Under the pieces are notes generated by a model, which saw only the letters and a program-made list of their open reading frames with translations, ran no database searches and was not told the DNA's origin. Made by a program: the position numbers and the translations under genes. DNA of 64,000 nt from a virus, in the IMG/VR virus record IMGVR_UViG_3300030390_000715, positions 88,754 to 152,753 of that record. One strand, 5' to 3'. The stretch's first letter is position 1. The number at the start of each line of letters is the position of its first letter. Below, piece by piece: positions 37,721 to 47,742 of this stretch.

Positions 37721-38166
37721 GTTTACAAGTAGAATATTTAGATAACGCATACTGGGAAAATAAAGATAAGACCCAGCTAAAATGCATTCGATTGAAGCCC
37801 GTTGAAGGCGGAAAGGGTGGTCGCAAGAAAGATGTCTTATTATTAAATAAAGGTGATCCAGAATATGACATTGTAGTGTCTAGGTGGGGTGTTCCTCATA
37901 TCGATAAAAACACTCAAGAACGCGCTGACTCTAAGGATAAAAAAGATCGAGAGAATCGCGCAGTCCACGAACAGCGCAAAAAATCTGCTGAGTTAGAGCA
38001 ACTATTCAATGCTAAACTTCAGACGAGTGAAATACCTGAAATCAAAAATTCTACAAACAAAGCTATGAGATCGAAGATAAGACGCGCAAAGAGTGTGATC
38101 GAAATGCAAGCCCTAGCCGCTCTGCTGATTGGAATGGAATTAGGCTACATTGAGGTTAAAAAATGA
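37717..38166 (+). CDS. Hypothetical basic protein translationally coupled to the giant ORF
   Basis: ATGA overlap; Lys/Arg-rich and probably helical. Confidence 0.7.
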   Translation: MSLQVEYLDNAYWENKDKTQLKCIRLKPVEGGKGGRKKDVLLLNKGDPEYDIVVSRWGVPHIDKNTQERADSKDKKDRENRAVHEQRKKSAELEQLFNAKLQTSEIPEIKNSTNKAMRSKIRRAKSVIEMQALAALLIGMELGYIEVKK

Positions 38167-38969
38167 GAGATGTGATTGACACAGTAAAAAAATGGCTACG
38201 CATTACTCCACCTACGACCCCACCTACGATTGGATATGTTATTGTTGCATCTCGAAAGAAGTTCTTTTATGTTTCTGCAATTAATCTTATGGAATCAATC
38301 AAAGATCATTATCCCGAAGCTAAGATCACTCTAGTCGTTGAAGAAAGATTCCTTGATGGTAACGAGAAGATAGCGGATAACATTATTTTCTGCGATGATC
38401 ATGCACGAGCTAAGTTGATAGGAATGGCTAAATCACCTTATGATATTACGTTTTATGTCGATGCAGATATAGAATGCGAACACGAAGATATCTCTACAAT
38501 CTTTGATAAACTCGATGGACATGATATCATGTTCACTGGTCTACCTGCTGATAGACATTACTGTTACGCAGAAGTATTCTTTGACGGTGCAACAAAGGCT
38601 GACGGTACTAAAGCAGGGTTCGAACTTTGCGGAGGTGTCTGTCTTTATGATATGAGAAAGCCACTTGTTCGTGAATTCATGAACGATTGGTATAATCTAA
38701 CTGTAGCTCAGTATGCTAGACTCTGGTGGCCAAGGAACGAAGATGGCACTGAAGACCTCAAAAATTATCCTGCTACACTAAAAAGATGGGACCAATTCTC
38801 ACTTTGGTGGTTAACTAACAAAGAGCCAAAATACAAAGACCTCAAAGTAGGTATATTAGAAGATGATGCTCGATGGAATTACTACTCTAAGTATAAGTAC
38901 GACCATAATAAAGAGCCTGTAGTATTGAGACACTACTCCTCTTCAGGCGCTAAATCTCTGGAGTTTTAA
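38163..38969 (+). CDS. Glycosyltransferase-like protein (GT-A fold)
   Basis: GYVIVAS..., SPYDITFYVDAD (DxD), GGVCLY, WDQFSLW, RWN and a C-terminal His. Confidence 0.7.
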   Translation: MRDVIDTVKKWLRITPPTTPPTIGYVIVASRKKFFYVSAINLMESIKDHYPEAKITLVVEERFLDGNEKIADNIIFCDDHARAKLIGMAKSPYDITFYVDADIECEHEDISTIFDKLDGHDIMFTGLPADRHYCYAEVFFDGATKADGTKAGFELCGGVCLYDMRKPLVREFMNDWYNLTVAQYARLWWPRNEDGTEDLKNYPATLKRWDQFSLWWLTNKEPKYKDLKVGILEDDARWNYYSKYKYDHNKEPVVLRHYSSSGAKSLEF

Positions 38970-38972
38970 ACT

Positions 38973-39647
38973 ATGATGAAAAATATACCTTTAAACGACT
39001 TTGCAATAGAATTGTTAGACGAAGCATTGTGGTTTACAAAAGAAGAAAATTACACCGCTGTAATACCTACGAAGATGAACGATCTCGATAAAGCTGATTA
39101 TTATACGGGTGATGAATATTTCGAGAAAATAAAAGCGATGGGTAGTTCTCATGATGGATTTCCAGAATTCATCGCCTGTTATTCTTTTGGTCAAGGTATT
39201 AGATTCGATAATCATAATCCAAAAATTCAAAGGAAGATCGCTGAAGTAACCGAAAGACATAGTGCGTTAATAACTAATATTCAGACTACTTTCAATCTTA
39301 AAAAGAACGCTCTGTTTTCGATTTATCCTCCGGGTGGCTTTATCTCTTGGCATAATAATGCTAACGCGTCGGCTTATAACTTTATATTTACTTACAGCGA
39401 AACAGGTGATGGATGGTGGAAGCACTTGGATCCTGTTACTAAAGAAATGGTTCATATACCTGATGTTAAGGGATGGCAATGTAAAGCTGGACACTTCGGC
39501 TCATACGCTGACGGAGAAGACTCACTAGTATATCATGCCGCAAAGAATGGTAGTACAGGATTACGAATGACCATTGCGTTCACGTTAGATCGATCTGATA
39601 CGTCACTATCTCTTCAGGACTGGATAATAGAAGATATTCAAGCTTAG
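38973..39647 (+). CDS. 2OG-Fe(II) oxygenase-like (double-stranded beta-helix) protein
   Basis: YPPGGFISWHNN...YHAA...RMTIAF follows the H-x-(D/N)...H...R arrangement. Confidence 0.6.
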   Translation: MMKNIPLNDFAIELLDEALWFTKEENYTAVIPTKMNDLDKADYYTGDEYFEKIKAMGSSHDGFPEFIACYSFGQGIRFDNHNPKIQRKIAEVTERHSALITNIQTTFNLKKNALFSIYPPGGFISWHNNANASAYNFIFTYSETGDGWWKHLDPVTKEMVHIPDVKGWQCKAGHFGSYADGEDSLVYHAAKNGSTGLRMTIAFTLDRSDTSLSLQDWIIEDIQA

Positions 39648-39653
39648 GAATCG

Positions 39654-39661
39654 TATAAATA
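39654..39661 (+). promoter_or_regulatory. T4-type late promoter
   Basis: TATAAATA. Confidence 0.75.
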
Positions 39662-39694
39662 ACCTTATAAGATAATCGAAAGGATATTATACAA

Positions 39695-40054
39695 ATGGCT
39701 ACGCATTACGAAGTCCTTCAAATAAATCAAGGCTCTGACACTTCGATAGAGTTGGAGCTTGTAAATGTGGACAATTCTAAAAAGGACTTGACAGGGTTTA
39801 GTGTTGAAGCTAAACTCAGTTCAAGCTATTCTCAGCCTGATTCTGATAAGACTAGTTTCTTGTCTATAATATCCTCTCCCTCTACAAGCGGTATCGTCAA
39901 TCTTTCGTTGACTAACGAGCAAACGAGCATACTTAATCCTAAGAAGCGTTTCGTCTATGATGTTGAGATATCACACGTTGATAGTGCTACGGGCAATACA
40001 ATTATCGAGAGGGTTCTAGAAGGTATCCTTACAGTAACTCCGGCGGTGACTTAA
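39695..40054 (+). CDS. Small Ig-like virion protein (BppU-N-like)
   Basis: INQGSD...DLTGF...YDVEI...RVLEGILTVTPAVT pattern. Confidence 0.6.
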   Translation: MATHYEVLQINQGSDTSIELELVNVDNSKKDLTGFSVEAKLSSSYSQPDSDKTSFLSIISSPSTSGIVNLSLTNEQTSILNPKKRFVYDVEISHVDSATGNTIIERVLEGILTVTPAVT

Positions 40055-40056
40055 TA

Positions 40057-41136
40057 ATGACAAGAGTAGTAGTTGAAAATAGGACGAAAATTCTAAAGAT
40101 TGTCGTCGGTACTCCTATCTCAACTGTCGTGGCTGCGGCAGCGGCTGGTGTTGATGTTGATAACATTGCGGGCATTACTACTACCGGCGCAGAACATGGC
40201 GATATTCTTATTTACAATGCTGTCACAGAAACTTGGACAGCGAACAATCTAATAAACGAAAATCAAATTATAGATGGAAAACATTATCCGTCTGATTCCG
40301 CTCACGCATTTATGCTTCTGCGTAGAAGCGGCACAAGTGGAGCGCCTCCACATCTTCGTCAAGGCGAAACTGCGTATTCATACTTAGTTGATTCAGCCCA
40401 TGATGGCTTTGGTAATGGCGGTCAAAGACTGTACATTGGCGTTGGTGCTGACTCGACGTATCCCGATGGATCTGTTCGCGCACAATCATTAGAAGTTATT
40501 GGTGGTTCTTACTTCACCAATCTTTTAAATCATCCAGCTGGTGTCAATACTGCGAATAGCGCATTAATCGTTGATTCAAATGGTCACTTAGACTCTCTTC
40601 TTGTAAGACAGTTAACAGCCATAAACTTCACTGGCACTGGCGTTACTAACTTAGATTCTACAAACGTAGGTAATCTTAATGTAGCGAATGACGCTGTTTT
40701 TGATTCTGACGTAAGAATTAAAGGTAATCTAATAGTCGATGGTGATACTACCTTTGTATTAGATATCGTTTTGGATTCGACTGATGTTATCGGTGATTTT
40801 AATGTCTATGAAGGAGTGGCTAACTTTAATGTTGATAAACAATTCTTTATTGACAGTGTGCAAATCGAACAGTTCATTGATAGTAGCGTTAATGATTTAC
40901 TAACATCAGGTAATGCAGTAAGTTTAACATACTCTAATCCTAACAATAGCCTCAACAATAGCCTCACTATAGCTGTCGATATTACGGATAGCGCAAATCT
41001 TGGTGTAGCTTCGTTTGATGCTATTGCAGGTGAAACAGAAAGCACAACTAAACAATTTTCTAATGTTAACGGTGCAGTGAGTATAACCACTCTTGACGGC
41101 GGATTCTTTGGTAATGACTCAAGATATCCAGGATAA
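40057..41136 (+). CDS. Putative tail-fibre-related protein
   Basis: LRRSGTSGAP..LRQGETAY motif of fibre N-termini; beta-rich and DS-rich. Confidence 0.55.
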   Translation: MTRVVVENRTKILKIVVGTPISTVVAAAAAGVDVDNIAGITTTGAEHGDILIYNAVTETWTANNLINENQIIDGKHYPSDSAHAFMLLRRSGTSGAPPHLRQGETAYSYLVDSAHDGFGNGGQRLYIGVGADSTYPDGSVRAQSLEVIGGSYFTNLLNHPAGVNTANSALIVDSNGHLDSLLVRQLTAINFTGTGVTNLDSTNVGNLNVANDAVFDSDVRIKGNLIVDGDTTFVLDIVLDSTDVIGDFNVYEGVANFNVDKQFFIDSVQIEQFIDSSVNDLLTSGNAVSLTYSNPNNSLNNSLTIAVDITDSANLGVASFDAIAGETESTTKQFSNVNGAVSITTLDGGFFGNDSRYPG

Positions 41137-41189
41137 TTTTAAGACGCTAAATAGAAACACTAAGAGCATTATAACAGGAGCTTGATACG

Positions 41190-44100
41190 TTGTCAACCAC
41201 TAAATTACTAAATCGCAGAACTAATGTGCCCGGACAAGTACCCGGTATAACGGACATTGATCTTGGTGAAGTAGCGATTAATACACATCAAGGTAAAATG
41301 TATATCAAACGTGATAAGTTTGGTGTTGTTGATGTGGTCCAAGTGGGCGAAGATGCAGTAGAGAATGTATTCTATGTTTCTAAATCAGGTGAGTTCGGAA
41401 ACTCAGGAACATCATTGGGTGATTCGTTCAAAACATTAGACTCTGCTGTCAGTCTTATCACCACGCTCAAATCGTTTGCGTTCGATGAAGCTAAATGTAC
41501 AAGAGACTTTAATTTCATATTCGATGGTCTGTATAACGATATTGCATTCGGAACAAACTATAATGCTGTTACATCGGGTCATTCTTACCAAAGAGCTAAC
41601 GCTAATAAAGTTATTACAGATCAATTAGTTCCGACTCGTGTATCATTCAATCAGGCTCGTGGTGCTATTGGTTCGGTTGATGAAGTGAAAGCTAGTACGG
41701 GAGAAAGCGGAGCATTATATAGAAACAACAAACACTGGTCAGAGATTATTGACATTCTTGTTAACGGTAAACAAAGTACCGAGCAAGCTCATGATGTATT
41801 GGAGTTTCCAGCTCCTCTTGTTCTCACAACACCTGATGCAGACGATGCGGCTATAATTCTACAGAACAATCGCGAATGGTTGAAAGATGAATTGGTCGTA
41901 TACATTTCACAAAACTATCCTGCACTATCATACGATAGAGTTAAGTGCGAAAGAGATACTGGTTATATCATTGATGCAATAATCACTGATCTGATGACAG
42001 GCTCTAATTACAATTCGGTCACTGCGGGTCTTGCGTATAAACGATACCTTGCGTTACCCGATTATCAATCAGCCTCGACTATTGATATCTGGACATTCCT
42101 ACGCGATAGAATGTTAGAATTGTCAATTACAGAAGCATCTAAGTCTAAGATAATCGCTAGTGTAGCTGAAATCGCTGACATCATGGTCAATGACGTACAA
42201 GCGGCTGATATTATTGTCACTCCTGATACGCCAGCAACTACGACCAATAGAAGAAATGCGGCTAGTCAGATTAAAAATAACAAGCAATTGTTAATCGACC
42301 AAACAGTATTGTATCTTGCGCAGACGTATCCTACAATTCAGAATTATGACTCTACTAAATGTGCCCGAGATGTTGGTTACATAGTTGACGCTATAACACT
42401 GGATCTTATGTTAGGTACGAACTATAACACAGTTACTTCAGGTCTTGCATATGTTCGTGTAAATGCTATTCCTGCTGGACAAGTTGAGTTTACAAAAGGT
42501 GCTTGGATAATTCTTCGAGATGCCATAAACGCTCTGTCAATAAGCACAGATTCGCAGGACAAAGTAACTGCAAGTATAGCAGAGATAAACGACATCATTG
42601 ATAATGGCGCTACCTCTGCTGATACGCTGATAATGCCAGACTCTATTAACACTTCGGTGACTAGAAGAAACGCGGCTGATCAGCTTAAAAATAATAACAC
42701 ATTTATCATCGATGAAGTAATAAGGAATATATCAGAAAACAGTCCTGCACTGACAATCGATAGAGCGAAATGTTCAAGAGATGTTGGATTAATCGTTGAA
42801 GCGATCAGCCGAGATTTACTGTTTGGTACAAACTATAATAGTATTACTGCTGGTCTAGCCTATACGCGAAACAATGCTATTCCCGCGGACACTGTAGAAG
42901 GTACTGTCGCGGTGATAACTGCTATAGGAACAATAACTGACGGGCTCGCTATCGACGCTTCTACAAAAACAGCCTTGAAAACGAGCGTCAAGACTGTCAC
43001 GGATATTATCACTTCAGGAATATCTATCAACGATATAGTATTCCCAACAACAATAAACTCTAGTGTTAATGAAGAGCGGGCTCATTCTCAAATTCAACTT
43101 AATAAAACTTTGTTGATCGACAACTACATAGCGTATATTACAGCTAACTATCCGTCTTTAGTCTATGACACTGCTAGATGCAGGCGAGATGTTGGATTTA
43201 TTCTTGACGGTTTATCTCATGACATATTATATGATGGTAACACAGCTTCACGGAATGTTGCTTTTTCGTATTTCGTCGACGGAGTTTCTGTATTACCTGC
43301 GGGTCAAGTAACAGCGATATTAGCCGCATACGCAAATTTAAACGCTGATCTCGCATTGGTTTTAGCAGAGACTTTGCCTAACCAAGATGTCACTGGTTCA
43401 AGCCAATCAGGTCTTTTGCAAGTAACGACTCGGTTAGAGACTCTTCTTAATATTACGATCAACGCAATAACCGCAGGCAATATAGCAAGTGTTCCTCTCG
43501 TAGAAAATGTCGATACTACTGCTATAGCAGAGCCGATGGTAAAAGATTACGCGGCTGTCGTTTCTTCTTTAGCATTTATTCAAACAAGCGCGATAGCTGT
43601 TTACGATCTTGTTGGTCCGGTTCATTATAATCGTACTAAATGTCGAAGAGACTTAACCTTCATACTAGAAGCTTTACAGCACGACATTCTATATGGTGGT
43701 AACTTCGGTTCGTTTAATATAGCGCGATCATATTTTGTTGATGGTGTATCTCAGCTCGGAAGTTCTGATGAAATTACAGCCTCCATTAGCGCCTATCTAT
43801 TTTTGAAGACTGTAGTGTCTTCGGTCGTACAAGAGACCTATACGGGTCAGGATACGTCTGGTGGACTCGCTGGTGCTACTGAAGCCACAACTCTTGATAC
43901 ACTGATAGACATTATAATCGATGTAGTTAATGCTGGCAACATTGATTCGATTGCCACAAGAGTTTTGCCAGATTTAACTGGAATAACAGCTACAGATTAT
44001 AACACAATTAATAATGCAATAGTAGCATTAAAAGCGGAAGTTATTGAGTATGCAGATTGGTACGGACCTGTCACATATGATCGCGTCAAGTGTAAGCGAG

Positions 44101-46121
44101 ACTTAGGATTCATTCTTGACGGCTTGATTCATGACTTGACATACTTCGGTAATGTCGGATCGGTGACTAACGCAAGATCATATTTCGTGGGTGCTGTGGC
44201 TCAACTTGGTAGCGCCGACGAGGTAACATTCACATCAAACGCTTTGACATACCTCGATCTTGCTATTGGGCAAGTCATTCTCAAAACATTCACAGGTCAA
44301 GATACTGTCGCTGATGCAGGCACTGCGGCAGAGGGAGTTGTCGTTAATGACCTGATCTCTATTATCGAAGCACCAATATTAGCGGGTACGATTTCAGGAT
44401 TGAGAGCTACGGTATTGCCAGATTTCACTGGCATTGCTTCGAGTACTACAGTCGACTACGGATTGATTCTAGCACAAAAAGCGACGATCACTAGTCAAGC
44501 ATTGACACATGTTGATCTAAACGGTTCAACGACTTACGATAAAGTCAGATGTCGCAGAGATACAGGCTTTATAGTTGACGCTCTGACACATGACGTATTG
44601 TATGGCGGAACACACGGTACGACTATTAATGCCCGAGCTTATTATGTTGGAGCTGTCGCTCAGTTACCGGCTGATCAACAAGCGGCTACTCAAGCGACAT
44701 ACGAACACCTGAAAACAATAGTGGGACAGCTTATCACTAACACACTGACGAGCAATCTATCCACAGGTGCTGATCTAACTGGCAATGCAAGCCAATATGC
44801 TACTGTATCAGAGAAGACTACGCTAGACTCCCTTATCACGATAATAGTTGATGTTATAGCCGCAGGCAATCTCGACGCTCTACCGGCAGTGGTACAGCCT
44901 AATCTAATTAGTCGAGGTGTTTCTGTATCATTAAGAAATGCCGTCACAGCTACTAAAGCTATTCAGGATTTCTTGATACTTCAGTCGGTTAAGTCTGCGA
45001 AGAATACTGGTGATACAACAATCTTTTTGAAGTCTGGCGATTACACGATTAATAATCCTGTTAAGTTACCTCCTAAGACTGCGATTGTCGGTGATAACTT
45101 GCGAACCACTACAGTTAGACCTAAGAGTGTGGATTCTGATCTCTTCTACGTAGACAACGGCACTTTCATAAAAGACTTGACCTTTCGAGATCATCAAAAC
45201 TTAGCGGCTTGTGTTGCATTCGACCCTAGTGTTGATAGCTCAAGAGCCGGACCATTCATTGTACAATCACCTTATGTTCAAAACTGTACTTCTATTACTA
45301 ACGACGGTGTTGGTATGAGAATTGACGGTTCTAAATGTTCGGGTTTGAAGTCGATGGTATCTGATGCATTCACTCAGTACAACGCGGCAGGTATTGGTGT
45401 TCATCTACTAAATCGCGGTTTTGCTCAGTTGGTTTCTATATTCACAATTTCTACTGAAACCTCTATTCTCGCTGAAACTGGTGGTCAATGTTCTATCACT
45501 AACAGTAACGCTTCGTTCGGTGATTTCGGGCTAGTCGCAAGAGGTACTTCTGGTATTCTATATGACGGGCAATTAGACTCGGATTATCCTATATTCACTA
45601 CTTCACTGCGTTTGAGAAATGTTATAAATAGAGACAGTGACGATTATATCACTGCATTCGGTGCTTCTAAACTGCCTAATTATGGCGATACAATGAAGTT
45701 TGATTCCGAAGAGTATTACTACACTGTAGTTGGTGTGGATTCGGTTGATGTAGATAAGTATGATATAACATTCGAGCCACCTTTGAATTCGTTGAAAGCT
45801 AAAGATCAGAACATGACCTTTAGACAACGATCATTGATTGCTTCAAGTTCGCACACGTTTGAATATGTTGGTTCGGGAACAAACACGTTCACAGCTATAC
45901 CTCAGAATGGTGGTATACCTAAGCCCGAGCGTGAAGTGGTATTTGACTCTGCAACGAATGCAGGTTTAGTTGTATTCACTTCGACGGATCAGATGGGTGA
46001 CTTTAGAATCGGATCAGAACTAACTATTAAAAGACAGGAAGGTAGAATCGTAGGTGAGACATTCGAAAGATCACTATATGCTATTCTAACTCCATATATT
46101 CTAGCACTAGAAGGTAACTAA
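41190..46121 (+). CDS. Large putative virion protein: eight helical (K/R)CxRD repeats inserted into a pectin-lyase-like beta-helix domain
   Basis: FYVSKSG...FKTLDSAV precedes and TIFLKSGDY...IVGDNLR follows eight 136-154-aa repeats; located in the structural gene region. Confidence 0.75.
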   Translation: MSTTKLLNRRTNVPGQVPGITDIDLGEVAINTHQGKMYIKRDKFGVVDVVQVGEDAVENVFYVSKSGEFGNSGTSLGDSFKTLDSAVSLITTLKSFAFDEAKCTRDFNFIFDGLYNDIAFGTNYNAVTSGHSYQRANANKVITDQLVPTRVSFNQARGAIGSVDEVKASTGESGALYRNNKHWSEIIDILVNGKQSTEQAHDVLEFPAPLVLTTPDADDAAIILQNNREWLKDELVVYISQNYPALSYDRVKCERDTGYIIDAIITDLMTGSNYNSVTAGLAYKRYLALPDYQSASTIDIWTFLRDRMLELSITEASKSKIIASVAEIADIMVNDVQAADIIVTPDTPATTTNRRNAASQIKNNKQLLIDQTVLYLAQTYPTIQNYDSTKCARDVGYIVDAITLDLMLGTNYNTVTSGLAYVRVNAIPAGQVEFTKGAWIILRDAINALSISTDSQDKVTASIAEINDIIDNGATSADTLIMPDSINTSVTRRNAADQLKNNNTFIIDEVIRNISENSPALTIDRAKCSRDVGLIVEAISRDLLFGTNYNSITAGLAYTRNNAIPADTVEGTVAVITAIGTITDGLAIDASTKTALKTSVKTVTDIITSGISINDIVFPTTINSSVNEERAHSQIQLNKTLLIDNYIAYITANYPSLVYDTARCRRDVGFILDGLSHDILYDGNTASRNVAFSYFVDGVSVLPAGQVTAILAAYANLNADLALVLAETLPNQDVTGSSQSGLLQVTTRLETLLNITINAITAGNIASVPLVENVDTTAIAEPMVKDYAAVVSSLAFIQTSAIAVYDLVGPVHYNRTKCRRDLTFILEALQHDILYGGNFGSFNIARSYFVDGVSQLGSSDEITASISAYLFLKTVVSSVVQETYTGQDTSGGLAGATEATTLDTLIDIIIDVVNAGNIDSIATRVLPDLTGITATDYNTINNAIVALKAEVIEYADWYGPVTYDRVKCKRDLGFILDGLIHDLTYFGNVGSVTNARSYFVGAVAQLGSADEVTFTSNALTYLDLAIGQVILKTFTGQDTVADAGTAAEGVVVNDLISIIEAPILAGTISGLRATVLPDFTGIASSTTVDYGLILAQKATITSQALTHVDLNGSTTYDKVRCRRDTGFIVDALTHDVLYGGTHGTTINARAYYVGAVAQLPADQQAATQATYEHLKTIVGQLITNTLTSNLSTGADLTGNASQYATVSEKTTLDSLITIIVDVIAAGNLDALPAVVQPNLISRGVSVSLRNAVTATKAIQDFLILQSVKSAKNTGDTTIFLKSGDYTINNPVKLPPKTAIVGDNLRTTTVRPKSVDSDLFYVDNGTFIKDLTFRDHQNLAACVAFDPSVDSSRAGPFIVQSPYVQNCTSITNDGVGMRIDGSKCSGLKSMVSDAFTQYNAAGIGVHLLNRGFAQLVSIFTISTETSILAETGGQCSITNSNASFGDFGLVARGTSGILYDGQLDSDYPIFTTSLRLRNVINRDSDDYITAFGASKLPNYGDTMKFDSEEYYYTVVGVDSVDVDKYDITFEPPLNSLKAKDQNMTFRQRSLIASSSHTFEYVGSGTNTFTAIPQNGGIPKPEREVVFDSATNAGLVVFTSTDQMGDFRIGSELTIKRQEGRIVGETFERSLYAILTPYILALEGN

Positions 46122-46125
46122 GAAC

Positions 46126-46491
46126 ATGGCAACTCCATTAAATGTATTCAAATCCGTTTCAGTAGCTATTACTGAAGGACCTATTACAGGTGACAGTGAT
46201 GTAGTTTACACAACTCCGAACGGTATCACAACTATTGTTTTGATGGCTCAGGTTGCTAACGTAGATTCTGATCAGCAAGTGCATGAAGTAACATTGAAGC
46301 AAGCCTCAGGTTCAGCGGCTACTCCTATTCATTTAGTTAGAGGATATAGAGTACAGCCTCGTGACGGTGTTAGTTTGACAACGGGCAAGTTGATCGTCGA
46401 AGAAAATGGTGTTATAAGATGTTCGACTTTAGCCGGTAGTGCAAACAAACTTGAACTCACATTAAGCTTCTTGGAATCATTAAATGGCTAA
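46126..46491 (+). CDS. Small putative virion protein
   Basis: PLNVFK...VYTTP...IVLMAQVAN; beta-rich. Confidence 0.6.
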   Translation: MATPLNVFKSVSVAITEGPITGDSDVVYTTPNGITTIVLMAQVANVDSDQQVHEVTLKQASGSAATPIHLVRGYRVQPRDGVSLTTGKLIVEENGVIRCSTLAGSANKLELTLSFLESLNG

Positions 46492-47716
46492 TTCTATCAA
46501 GTCGATTCTCGGAAGTGTACCCAAAAGGGCTGTAGAGAATTTAGATTCGAATCGTTATGAATACATAACGCTCGACCAAACAGAGCCAAGCCCAGGCAAT
46601 CCTTCTACTGATGGTCAACTATATTCGTCAAAAGCAAATGGCGAAAGAGGCTGGACTTCTGTACCTAGAATTAGTGGTCTAGAGTTTATCGATCAAGCTC
46701 TTGACTCAGGTGGTGCTACAGACTTATATGCCTTGTTCTTAAAAGGTGATCCTTCGGTCTCTAACGGATTGCACGATAGCGTAGTTTTTAGAAAGCTTAA
46801 TCTTGGCGCATTCTCTGATACCGAGACATTACAGTCGGTGACCGACCGCGGTGATAGTACCAACGTGTACGTCAAGTTTACTGGTGGTCTCGAAGCTGAT
46901 AGTGTTCTGATTCTCGGCAACTTGACTGTTCTGGGCACACAGACGATTTTGAACACAGAAATCGTCGAGATAAAAGACTTAAATATATTACTCGCTAAAG
47001 GTTCAGCGACTAATGCTCAGGCTAACGGTGCTGGTATAACTATAGACGGATCGTTCGCAGAGTTAAGTTATAAGTCTGTCGACAATTCTTGGAATATGAA
47101 TCGAAAACTCAACCTCGATTCTGGACTAGATGTTTCTGGTCCAAGCACTATGGATTCTGCTACAATTACAAATGATTTTGTGATTGAGAATGTTCCGTCA
47201 TCGGTCACTGCTGTAGTTGGTCTTTTCTTAGATCCTTCGACTAATCAAGTTGTTTCAAGAACAATCTCGACCGATATTCTCGACGGTACTGTTAAGCTAA
47301 CGAATGTCATTACAAAAAATAACGATCAAACATATTACCCTGCATTCGTTAGTGTTTTAAACGGTGCTGATAGTGCGGCTGTCGATAGTGATTTATCCTA
47401 CAATCCATCACAGAATAGACTTACAGTACGCAATTTATCTCTTCGAGGTATTTCGTTAGATGCAACTACCGATGATGTACTTGTAATATCTGCGAATGAT
47501 TCAGTAGCATTTAGGCAACTAGGTGCATTAGCATATCGGGACTCAGAGGAAGATACTTTAGCAACCGTTGTTTCTAGAGGTAACACTACTCTAGACAGTG
47601 TTGAGTTTGGTAAGGTAACAGTGAATGGTGATCTGAAAGCTTCAAGGTATTATGATCCTTCTGATAGACAGTTATTAATTTACGATTCCCTGGGTGCCAC
47701 TCTTTGGGGTGCATAA
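46484..47716 (+). CDS. Putative fibre/structural protein
   Basis: GNLTVLGTQT..NT...KD motif and two TLxxVxxRGxxT repeats. Confidence 0.6.
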   Translation: MANSIKSILGSVPKRAVENLDSNRYEYITLDQTEPSPGNPSTDGQLYSSKANGERGWTSVPRISGLEFIDQALDSGGATDLYALFLKGDPSVSNGLHDSVVFRKLNLGAFSDTETLQSVTDRGDSTNVYVKFTGGLEADSVLILGNLTVLGTQTILNTEIVEIKDLNILLAKGSATNAQANGAGITIDGSFAELSYKSVDNSWNMNRKLNLDSGLDVSGPSTMDSATITNDFVIENVPSSVTAVVGLFLDPSTNQVVSRTISTDILDGTVKLTNVITKNNDQTYYPAFVSVLNGADSAAVDSDLSYNPSQNRLTVRNLSLRGISLDATTDDVLVISANDSVAFRQLGALAYRDSEEDTLATVVSRGNTTLDSVEFGKVTVNGDLKASRYYDPSDRQLLIYDSLGATLWGA

Positions 47717-47742
47717 ATAAACGTATAATTTCGGAGAAATAA

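Noticed and set aside
41190-46121. Assigning a cyanobacterial host from the phycobiliprotein-like repeats
   Set aside because: No photosynthesis or other host-diagnostic genes occur in this window, so the host cannot be inferred.
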